Source: Chrysomallon squamiferum
Taxonomy: Eukaryota > Animalia > Mollusca
DNA: 64,000 nt
Reading direction: 5' to 3'
Assembly (NCBI GenBank): GCA_012295275.1
Contig: CM022672.1
Location: 30,256,001-30,320,000 of the forward strand
Part shown: in pieces, positions 27,361 through 40,408 of the stretch
Layout: each line of letters opens with the position of its first letter
How positions within the stretch are numbered: position 1 is the first letter of the stretch
Program-made: the position numbers and the translations under genes
The notes under the pieces: generated by a model
What the model was told of the DNA's origin: nothing
Databases searched by the model: none
The model's input: the letters and a program-made list of their open reading frames with translations, nothing else

Positions 27361-28476
27361 CTTGGCTACCTGTGGTACTGACGTGCTGTGTGAGTCTGAT
27401 GAAGACAGGTCTGGCGTACGCTGGAAGAGATCTCTTGAAGATTTTGTTTACTTCCTCCAGGTCCAGATTTCCCTTCTCATCAACGATGGTTGCCATTCCA
27501 GCCCTGCCCTCACACCCTGGAATAGAATAGAATAAAATAAAATAAAATAAAATATAAAAAATAAAATAAAATAAATAAATAAATAAAACAAAAATAAAAA
27601 ACAAAACAAAACAAAACAAATATATAAATAAATAAATAAATATATAAATATATAAATAAATAAATAAATAAATAATATAATTAATAAGTAAATGAAAATA
27701 AATAAATAAATAAAAATGTTTAAGTAAATAAATAAATAAATAAATGAAAGAATGAATGAATGAATGAATAAAGTAATAATTAAATAAACTTTTAAATAAA
27801 TAAGCAAAGTAAAATAATAAATATACTGAATAAATAAATTATTATTATTAATATAGTTTTTTAATTTTATCTGTTCTGAAAAAACAACTACCTTTTTAAA
27901 CATTTAACTTTTTTTTTGTTTTTACATTCGACTATATTAATTAAACTCTGATATCATCATGGAATCAGGTCATTACAATAAAGTGTATAAATTAAATAAT
28001 TCTACTGAAACTTTGATATTACCGGGAGTCAAATTATTACAATAAATTGTAAAAAATGAAACGGTTCTAATAAATCATTTAAATAAATTTTGTAATTATC
28101 AGGTCCAAGTTATTAGAATATATTGTAAAAATTAAATAGTTATAATAAATGATTTAACAAATTGTTACAACCTGGTACTTCAACGCCATAGACAACGGCA
28201 TCCTGATAAGTGATGCTGCTGCTGATGATAGATTCTACCTCTGATGTGGACACATTTTCACCTCTCCAGCGATAAGTGTCACCTGTTCTATCCTTAAAGT
28301 ACATGTAACCTTCGTCATCCATCACCATCACATCACCTGAAAAATATTCACCATTTTGTTTTAAATATAACTTTTATTTTCAGGAATGTCACCATTTTGT
28401 TTTAAACATGATTTTTATTTTCAATCATGTCAGCTAAAGAATATTCTCTCTCTCTCTATTATATATATATATATAT

Positions 28477-28550
<74 letters not shown>

Positions 28551-31500
28551 CTGATAGTTAAATGATAAACATATTCGTACCTGTAAGAAAGGCTCTGTCC
28601 CCTTTTTTGAAAACACTTTCAACAATCTTTGACTTGGTTGCCTGTTTGTCAGCGTAACCATCAAACTCTCTCAGTGGGTTTCCCTTCACTATCTTCCCAA
28701 CAAGTTCTCCTGGCTCACCTGTTATTAAATAAAAAAAATTAAATTAATATGTTTACATATCGCTATGTAAAAAGTAAAAGAAAAAAAAAGAAACATATTA
28801 AATATCCAAAAAATGAAAGAAAATAAGGACATAATTTTGCTATTGAAAAATGGTTAATTTTTATCTATTGTTTTTCAAAAATACATACAGACGTCTTTTT
28901 GCTATATATTTATTAAGTCATTTCTAAAAAAACTTATTAACAGTATGTCTGCTGTGAAGTGTTTTATTTAATAACATTTTTAATTACCACACTCTTCTCC
29001 AAACAGCTGTGTGTGTGTGTGTGTTTATTTGTCTATGAGTATATACATATCGGTGTGTTATTAACCTCTGTTAACCTCCATAAAAAGTATATAAAGTACA
29101 AAATATCTTATTTCTAATAATATGACAATGGAGTAATTTTTTAAGTACACTTAAGTATTACTTACATTACTTCTTTGCAATATGAGAATAAAATGTCTCT
29201 GGATATATATCTGTGTGTGTATTTGTGTCTCTGGATATATATCTGTGTGTGTATTTGTGTCTGGATATATCTGTGTGTGTATTTGTCTCTCTGGATATAT
29301 ATCTGTGTGTGTATTTGTGTCTCTGGATATATCTGTGTGTGTATTTGTGTCTCTGGATATATATCTGTGTGTGTATCTGTCTGTCTGGGTGAGTGTCTAT
29401 GCTTGAGTTTTAATTACTAAACAGCTACCTGGCTCGGCATGAATGCAGACTCCGTTGCGGTCTCTCATGTAGTTTCCGGTGGCCTCGTCAATTCGAATCA
29501 GAGTCAGAGGGTAGAGGAAGGGCAGAATCCGTGTGGTGAACCCCACCGCACCCACCTTGTTGTCAAAGTTAACTACAACGCAAAAATAAATTTACATTAG
29601 TATTTATTCATGATGAGTGCCTACGAAAATCACACATGTGCACACACACACACACACACACATCAATCACTTAATTACCTTTAATAAAGTTTACAGGTGT
29701 GTATTTTAATTTTTGATGTACCCTGTACCTGTATATTCACTCAGTGGTCACAGGATACCAATTTTTCTTTAGTAAACAGTACTTCTTCTAGTAAATGTCT
29801 TTTTTGCATTTATTGTATGTGTGTGTGTATGTGTGTCTATATATTAAAAAGATATTTACCCATATTACAGTTGCCCTCAGTAGCACCGTAGAATTCTCCA
29901 ATGCGTTTGATACCAAATCGTTTCTGAAATTCTTCCCAAATCTGTGGTCTGAGACCATTTCCAAACATCATTCGAATCTTGTGTCTGTTTTCTTCTGGGC
30001 GGAATGGCTGACACAGCAAGTAGCGAGCAATTTCTCCAATGTACTGAGACACCTGAAAAAATAAAAAAATAATTATAAAATTAAATAATTATAAATAAAA
30101 TCAATTATTACTGAAAATAACTAAATTAGGTCTGACAACCAGAGATCTAACCCCAAAGAAAAAATAAAAAAATAAAAATAAAAATAAAATAAAATAAATT
30201 AATTTGTAATTATTTCTGTTGAAAACATTTAAAACAGATCTGACAACTAGACAGTTTCAAATTCCAGAGAAAAAAAAAGAAAAAGACTTTAAATCACATC
30301 ATAAACGATTTTGATCAAAATCTGTATTAGAATGGTGTAAGAACTTTGTGAATATTACATATGATGTCTTAGTGTAACTTAACAACTTCAAAATAATTGA
30401 TGGCTTTTGATGGCTGTGAAACATAAATAAATATAAAAAATTATAAATACTAGATTATTAAATGCAAAATTGATGGCCATGATACAAAAATAAATGTAAG
30501 TAAATTTAAAATACAGCATACTTAAATAAAACAACAATTTATGGCAATAACACACAGAAAAAACACAATTTTTTTTTTAAAAATATGAAGTTTTAAAATG
30601 CTTACAGTACAATTGTATTTGATACAATCAGACCAGAACTGGCTTGCAGAGAATTTTTTACGTATAACCATCGTCGTACCAAACAGGAGTGTCTGCCCTG
30701 CCCCGCAGATCCCCCCAGCAGAGTGGTAGAGGGGCAGAGTGTTGTATATCACATCATCACTTCTCAGGTTGTAGGACAGTTTGGTACCATACGACATGTA
30801 GAAAAATCTGTAGGTGAAAAAAAAAAAGTCTGTAATATTAACTCTTAACAAGTCTAGTAACAATGAATGAATCCTTAATGACACCCCAGTGCAAAAAAAA
30901 CAACATATCAGTTACAGGGTGTCAAGCCAAGGGAAATACAACAAAACTGTGACTACTCTATATATGAAAATTCTAATTTTAATTAAAACACAGCTGTGAA
31001 AACGTATCAAAGCTCTTAATAAATGAGTCAGAATATCTTACCAGCATCTGGTTTTTTTTAGCAAGTGCTAAACAAAAAGCTAATGTGCTGTATGATAATA
31101 TCTACCTCTTTTAACATGTCAAGATGTCTTGCAAACTGCAGTCTTATAGCAAGTCAAAATATCTTCCAACAGCTGTTTTGTTTTAGCAAGTCAGTGTATT
31201 TTACCAACAGCTGTCCACTAGCAGCTTGTGATATCTTACAACAGCTGTCTTTTAGCCTATCAAGATATCTTGCCAATGGCACCAAAAGGGTTAAAGTGAA
31301 TATCAAGACAAACAAGTAACAGTTAAAATTATGTCTTAAATCAAACTTTTCAGTTTCTCCTTTACATTTGGCCTTTTTAGAACCTATTCTACGGTTTTAG
31401 AGTCACAATAGACGAGTTATGAAAGAATTTCCACATACTGTATCAGTCTATTACAGCATTTCTCAACCAGGGTTCCCCAAAACCACTAACTTTCCTCAAG

Positions 31501-34500
31501 AGGTTGCTATGGGTTCCGTGAGAAATAGTGTTAAATGAGCTAATGCATTTTTAAATAATTTTTATTTAATTTCATATTTGTAATATCATCATACATGCAT
31601 GGCATATTGTTGGAAAAGCTTTGGTTGATATATAAAGGCTTCAACCTGTTATAAAAATTATAATAATCATAGAGAATACACTTTGCAATATCTATACCCA
31701 TGCCAATGAATTTGACAAAAAAGGGAATCATATTTTCCCTTAAACCAATTTTCTGAGAAAAACAGTATGTTTATCATGTGATCTATGATAAAGATAGAAA
31801 AGAGAAATATACTGATATAGGTAAATATTAATTCTTATGCAGGGATTCCCTGAGACAAGAAAAGGGTTCTTTCACAAGGGTAAAAAGACTGAGAAACACT
31901 GGTTTAGTATAATGAATAGACACTGTCTGTTTCTACCAGAATTAAACCTGTAATCAGTGAGAATGTAGTGAGAAACAGATAAAGAGTTCTCTATCAACTT
32001 TAGATTGTGTCTCTAATTATCTGTTATATCTTGCACGAGTGTTCTAACCACATGGCTTCACCACAGAATAACCATACATTATAATAATGTTATGTATTAA
32101 CCTTGAATGTGAGATAACAGCAGCTTTTGGAAGTCCTGTTGTACCAGATGTGTATATGTAAAACAGTTTGTCTGAAAAATAAAATACTTTATTAAAATAA
32201 ATAATTAAATAAATAAATTTATATATAAAACAATTTATATGAAAAAACATAATATGTGGTAAAAAACTAGACAATGTACACTGTTAATATAGACAGATAG
32301 ATAGATAGATAGATAAAACAGTTTATCTGCAAAGTAAAATAGTTTTCTTTAAATAAATATATAATACATGTTTTTATCTGCAAAAAAAACAGTTTAAAAA
32401 AACAACAACTTTGTTTTATAAAAAACATGAAAAATTATAATGCAGAATATAGTAAGAATATAATAAAATGGAATATCATACCATAGCATATAATACAATA
32501 CAATATAACATGAAACAACACAAATTATTTTTTTAAAAATGTTGGTACAAACCATGGGTGTTGCTGTGTGGATCAGGAGGGGGGTATTTTGGTGACTGTT
32601 GGAGAACGGTGTCCAGGTAAACAGGTGACAAGTCATTAACTGTCATAGCACCCAGACAGAACAGTGACATTTTTTATCCAGACTGGGCAATACTTCTTTC
32701 ACAGCTGAAATAAAAAATAAAATAAAATAAAATAAAGTGAAGTAAAATGAAATGAAACAAAACAAAACAAAACAAAACAAAACAAAACAAAAAATAAAAA
32801 TAAAAATAAAAATAAAAATAAAAATAAAAATAAAAATAAAAATAAAAATAAAAAATAAAAAAATTAAATTAAATTAAATTAAAAAATACTAATAAAAATT
32901 AAAAAATTAAAATAAAAATAAAAATAAAATAATACTTTTAGTTATCTATACATCTAATTGCCTTCCTGCCTATCCATTATCTACTTATCTATATTCTATA
33001 TACCTGTCTTCCTACCTACCTACCTACTATCTAATCTATCACATCCATGTATTCCTATCTACTTACTTACCTGTCAGTCTATCAATCATTCTATAGCTAT
33101 CTGTCCATCTAAGCATCTCATTACCAACCTACCTATCATTATCACCTTTTTTGTCCATTCATCCATCCATCCATCTATTATCTGTATATCAACATACACA
33201 CACAACCGAATGAATATAAATTTGGCTCAGGTTTTCTGATTAATGTTAATGATAAATAATAATAATAAATATGGGTTAGATGATTCTGTAAATTTTTTTT
33301 TTAAAGTTTTGCTGGATTGTTATATATAAGGCTGAAAAAAAAAAAAAAAAAAAGAGGAAGAAGAAGAAAAAGAAACCATATAAAAAAGAAAAAAGAAAAT
33401 AGTAACTGAAGAAAATTAAAACAAAAAAGAACACCCTATATACTTTCTACAGACGAATCACATAGTAAGATATTTGACAAAGTAGTTATTACAAAATAAC
33501 AAATGCATTTAAAATAATACTTTCATGTTAGATCCAGAAGAACATACAAATAAATATCTGTGTTAATGGTGTTATAACATTTCCAACTAACTGAAAAATA
33601 AACAAATTAACTCACAGCTGTTGCCAGTAATTTAATATGATAATGACTGAAACAAAGAAGAAATGAGAAAAAGATAAAGAAACAAAGGAGATAGAAAAAA
33701 TAAGAAAGTGAAAGGATATACAGAAAAAAACGAAGAAAAAAAAAACCAAAAAAAAAAAAAAAATTCAGAAAGTGAAAAAGAATGATATGAAAGATGAACA
33801 CAAAAATATTACAAATATTAAGAGTCAATAAAATTAATTAAAAATATAAAATGCACTGTTAAATAGATATTAAATAAATTAATTATATAGTTTTAACATT
33901 TATTTAACAATAATTTATAACAAAAATTATTGCATCTCCCAACATAATAACATTTTTATGATGATGACTTTGATTATGAAACCAGCTGTTGCTGATATAT
34001 GGGTCACTCTTTCTAGGTGCAATTTCCTGTTGACACACATTGCCCAGGATAGGTTTATTAAAGTCCATGATATTCATTTTCCTGTTAACAGCAAGACGCA
34101 TTTAAAAGATACTCAGATAAGACAAACCCAGGACAAAAAATAAATAAATAAAAAATTAAATAAATTTATTTAACATATATTTAGTCTGTGGATGTATGAA
34201 TCATAGAGAAGGTTCAGTCTCATGCTTGATAAAGAAAGAAGATCTATTAAGTCATGTGACTGACCATTTGTATTTTCATTAGCAACAAGAGATCTTTTAT
34301 ACAGTCACAGAGAAAGTCCAACATGTAGAAAATAACAGGATATATCTGATACCAAGAAAAAAGCTTTTTTTTTAAACAAACAAACAAAAAATTATATTAG
34401 CAGTATAGCTCTTTTGAATGCACTATATTATTACTGCACGAAAGAGAACTTTTATATGGTCACACAGAAAATAGCAGAATATATCTCATGCCAAGAAACA

Positions 34501-35176
34501 GACTATTTATTTATTTTTTATTATTATTATTATTTTATCAGCAATAAGGGCTGTTTTGGATGAACTAGATGAATACTATGAAAGGAATCATTTGTATGTT
34601 CTTCCAGATGATTACAGTGTGATGCACACAGACCTAAAAGCAATATGCTGAGGATGATGATGATGATGATGAATTTAAAACCCTCATGAATAACACAAAT
34701 CTCAATTTATTTTAAAGTTTTCTGTGACAAATCATTATTATTTCTACTTCTGATTTTTTTTTTCATTTTACTAAAATTGCTACCAGCATCCAGAAACTTC
34801 AACAAACAGTCTTTCAGAATTAATATCATAATCGATCTCACTTATGATCATGATATTTGTAACATTCCCTGGCCATTGTCAATATTCTAATTATAACTGT
34901 TTAAATATTTTAATACCAGTATTCATTGTTCTTTTCTCTGTGTACCCATAATTAAGCTGGTGAAGATTGTATTCATGGACAGAATGCAGTTTGTTGTAGA
35001 GAAAATGGGACTGGTGGGGAAATCTTTGTCACAGGAGCTTTACATTCGTTAACTAAACTATAATCTTAAATCACACTTGCAAGTTATTTCTTAGTCTTTT
35101 TATTGTTATTTTGGTACTAATAAAATATAACAATAAAATAAAAAGTTTGAGATAGAAATTACAGCGTTTCATAAAT

Positions 35177-35210
<34 letters not shown>

Positions 35211-36498
35211 AATTAAACTAAAATGAAATAAATATTAAAATAATAGAATAAAAATAAAATAAAATAGAATAAAATGAAATAAAACAAAATATAATAAAAT
35301 AATTTTTTTTAAAATAATATTATAAATAAATAAATAAATAAATAATTACTTAATAAACTGAGTAAATCACTGCAATGCAACAAAATCCTCAGCTTATCAG
35401 GATTTTTTGCACATTCCTGTACCAAATGTTACAAAAACAGCATCAGTCTTCTTGCATTTTCATCAGCTTGGCATGTTAGTTCCAGACTTTATTATTAGCA
35501 AACAGAAGCAACAAAAACAACCATTCAGGAGCATGTGGAATGTATTTATAAACTTCTACTGGATATATCTGGCACCAGCAATCACAAGAGCTTTCCAAAG
35601 AAACAGAAACAGTTCAACAGATTTAAAAAAAAAAAAAAAAAAAAAATGACATTCACTTTGAATGTAAAAGCCAGAGTTTCTAAATTTTTATTATCCTCTC
35701 ATATTATCCTAATTTAATAAATGCTGTATAAAAATCCTGAGTCCCTCAAATTTGACATTCAGTATTAACTTAAAAGCCAAATGTTGTTTGCTTTATTTTT
35801 ATCTATGAATAAACCTCCTCATGTCACCCTTAACTGTATATAAAGTCTGTATTTCTTCCCCCCCATTACCTTTGTGTTTATGTATTTTATAAAAATAACT
35901 TATCTATGAAGCATATAATACAAGCAAGTACTGGGGCATGCATACACCAACAGTGACATGTTTTGTTTGTTCCAGCCATAATAAAATGTCCTTCACAGTG
36001 TAATAAAAAAAGTTATTGCAGTCAAACATGTTTTGCATACAGACAACATTTTAAGGGAAAGAAATGCTGAACACACATACACATATATATGCACACAGAC
36101 ATACATAAACACATAAATATATACTTACGTACATATACATACATACATGCATGCAGGCATGCATACACACACTGATATACATACAAACATACATACCCAC
36201 ACAGACTTACATACATACATACATACATAAAGACACAAAGGAAAATAAATAAACACATACACACATGTATAATTTATCATGCTTGAGGCAACTCTGAAAC
36301 ATGTATCTTGAAAACACATACATAAAAAAAGATACTATCAATCAGTGACAAAGTTTAATCACTGATAATAAAAACAACAATATCACTGAAGAGAAAGTCT
36401 GCATGTGATCAGCCTTTGAGCAGACTGGGTGTAGAATTTAATTATTATTTTATTATTAGGTGTTTTTTTTTTTTCATTTTGTTTAGATAGTATAATTT

Positions 36499-36529
<31 letters not shown>

Positions 36530-36673
36530 AAATGATAATTATCCAATTAGAAGAGTATTCTAATATACAAATACTGGCATGAAAAAATAAAAATACACCT
36601 AATTCAGTTCACGCACATTTTGTGAAATACATTTAAAGATTTTTTTTTTAATTTTTTTTTTTATATATTGTTT

Positions 36674-36737
<64 letters not shown>

Positions 36738-39271
36738 TTTTGCTGTTGAATTGTAATATAGTGACATAAAAAGAATTGTTTTAAAAGATATCTATGGATG
36801 ATATAAATGCAACAGCCAAAAATCATTTTCAGTATTTGCAAGTACTTTTTAACATAATGCACATTTTGTTTCCCTACTGAAACAAATTAGGATTATTAAA
36901 TAAAAGAGAACTCACTGATAAATTAAAAAAAGAAAAAAAAAAAAAAGCAAGAAAAGATAGTGTAATGCTATACAGTAATCTTACAAGAGATTAACTACCT
37001 GTTTACTGTTGTGTTACCTGCACAGATATGAACACAGATTAAAGGTGTGTATTTCTATGTGATTATTGTTTTACATCTTATATTGAAAAGAAACTGAACA
37101 AACAATAAGAGAATTTCTTTTTGTTGAAATGTAAATAAATAAATAAATAAATACCTAAATAAATAATATACATATAGATAGATAAATGAATTGATAGATA
37201 TACTGTTACTTCCAAGGGTCATTTTTTTTATTTTGTTTTATGTTTCAAGTAAAATATATCAGTGAATGTGTGAAAAATACATTCAAGATTATTAAGTTAA
37301 AACCAACTACACTACATACATGTTATTGTGGACTTGTTTTATTTTTTCCTTGTTAAAATAAATTTTAATTACTGAAAACAAACAGCATTAATATATATAT
37401 TTTTTAATATTTCCAGTCACTTTTTATGTTTTTAATTTTAAACTGTAGTTGATGTTAGGAAATAAACCAACTATAGTCTTTGGCAATTCTTTTTGACACG
37501 ATATATAAATTACATTTTCTGCACTTCTTTTTGACATCTGATATATAAACTATCTTTTCTGGCCTTCTTTTGGACTATTGATATTTAAACTACATTTTCA
37601 ACACTTCTTTTTGACATCTGATATATAAACTATCTTTTCTGGCCTTCTTTTGGACTATTGATATTTAAACTATATTTTCTACACTTCCTATTTTTCACTA
37701 TTGATATAAACTATATTTTCTACACTTCCTATTTTTCACTATTGATATATACTATATTTTTCACTTCTTTTTGATAATTGATATAAACTATATTTTCTGC
37801 ACTTCTTTTTGATACTTGATATATACTATATTTTCTGCACTTCTTTTTGACTATAGATATTTAAACTATCTTTTGTGCACGTCTTTTTAACACTTAACAT
37901 ATAATCTCGAAAGCCAGCAGATACTGATAATTTGATTTACAAAGGCTTTTAGTAACCTGGCAAGTACATTATTTTACTCTCTGCTGTGTCTAAATATATT
38001 TTACTGTAACCTTGACATGGTGTCAAAAAATAAAAATAAAAATAAAAATAGTATAAAATGAAATAATAAAAAATAAAAAGCCATCTGATCATGTCACTGA
38101 TTTATAGCTTGGTACTTTAAGATAATTTAACTCTTTAACAGGTCATTATGTACATGCACTGTTTTCGTCTTGAATTGCTGAAACAAGAACCAAAAATATC
38201 TCATCTCTGTTTTTAATAATAATTTACTGCCGAGCAGATTTAGGAATAAATTAGGCACCTTTGATAGACATGTCGGTTTTAGTGTACATGAAAAGAAAAT
38301 TATATTTTATTTAGAATTTTTACCGAGTGACCAGTCTTGTTCTTTTTCTGACTATGCTTGAAGATATAGCAGAAATTTTTGTTTTTAAATAAAATAAAGT
38401 AAAAAATAAAGTACAATAATAAATTAAAAATAAATACATAAAACTAATTAAATAGAATATTGTAAAATAAGATAATAATAATAAAATTAAAGTAAAAATA
38501 ATTAAATAAATAATAAGGTTAATAATAGATAAAACAACTAAAAAAACTAAGGGACAGATATATAATAAAATAAAATAATAAGATAATATGTAACTAAAAC
38601 TAAAAACTAATAAAACTTTAAATAAAAAAAATAAAAAAATTCAAAAATAAAATAAAAAATTAAATAAATAATAAAAATTATAAGATGAAAATTAATGGTA
38701 ACAACAACCACAAGCACCATCAACATCAAAACAATACATTTTTTTTTTTTTTTCAAAAATTCTAACAATAAGATAAAATAATAAATATAACATAAAATAG
38801 ACAAAAGAAAAGAAATGAAATCTGTAAGTAAATACCTTCAGACAGTTCTCCACCAAAGATAATTGTGTTGGCCTTGGACACACTGAGACAATGAGCCAAC
38901 GCTTTGTCACGCAAGTTAAAATTAATCAATGCTGCGTTGATTCCAATTTTGGACAATCCCAGCCAGAAGCAGACAACTTCAGGTTTATTCTCCATGAACA
39001 GAGCAATAGTGTCTCCCTTCTTGTAGCCATTTTCGAGGAAATAGTTCCCGATTGCGTTGGAGTACTCGTCCACGTCAGTGAAAGTCCACGTTCTGTCCTC
39101 AAAGACGAAGCAAGCCTTGCCAGAGTATTTCTTTACAGTTTGGTCGAACAGTTTAGGAATTGTCAGTTTGTTCCGTGAGTTCCACTTGGTGAAAAAGCTC
39201 ACTTTGAACAAAATTGAGATTCCTCTGAGAAAAAAAAGAAAGTAGGATTAGTATGCTTTTTGTACTTACGT

Positions 39272-39314
<43 letters not shown>

Positions 39315-40369
39315 CACATACATTTCCAAACAGCAAGAAAAACCTTTCAGGTTATTAATAATAAATATTTTATATATGTGTGTGTGTGTCACATTTCCCC
39401 TCTTACAGGTTACAAAACATTTTATAACAATAGTGCCTTTCAAAGGATTTTTGTCAGGACATGGTAGTAACAGTACTGGTTGTACTAGTAGTTGTTACTT
39501 TAGTAGTACTAGTTGTTGTTGTTGTTGTAGTCCAGTGATTCTCAACTGGTGTGCCACAAGATATTCCTAAGTGTGCCACCAAATTTTGAACGGCACTCTA
39601 AGAAAATGCGAAAAACCATGTGGTCCAAAAATAAAACAAACAGTTGTATGCAAGGTAAAAACGAAAATATTCTCACTTCAACAGACAAGCTATCTGCCCT
39701 CAAAAAGAAAATTGTTAAAATTAAAACATTCGACTTTGCCCATTGATTCATTTTGGATTTCAGTTCCAATTTTCAACTTCTTATATATGTGAATTAGGCT
39801 TCTCAACATTAAACAACATCAAAAACATGAAGCACGAGAGATTACATACAACGAAAGAAGAAATGAGGGTGTGTCTGTCTCATATTTGACCAAACATTGA
39901 GGAAATTATGAATAAAAGTCAGGCACAAATTTCTCACTAAAGAAGCCAGCTATTTGACTGATGAAATTCGAAACACTGCAGTGAAGTATAGCTGTGTTTT
40001 TCTTTATTTAGTTTGAATCATTCTATGTGTCTATGATAGTCTGTGTCTACGATTGTATGCCGTCTACGAGTTGCCATGTTTTTACTTTACAAAATTCAAA
40101 TATTTTTCATATATATTTAGCCAGGTGTGCCGCTATTTTTTCATGTGTTCCAAGGTGTGCCTTTGGCAAAAAAAGTTTGAGAACCACTGTTGTAGTCTAA
40201 CAGTGGCGGTGATGGTGGTGGATGTATTAGTAATAGTAGCAGAAGTCTTACCACCACAGTTTGCAGTAACAGTAGTAATAGTTTTAATTTAATAAATATT
40301 GTGGTACAGATGTACATGTAGATAGAGAAGATAGATCATGATCATCTTTCTCTTGATTGTCGTCCATAC

Positions 40370-40408
<39 letters not shown>

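Noticed and set aside
26947-27903. Several hydrophobic F/I/Y/L-rich ORFs
   Set aside because: Translations of (aaat)n low-complexity intron DNA; only 27370-27516 is a real exon.
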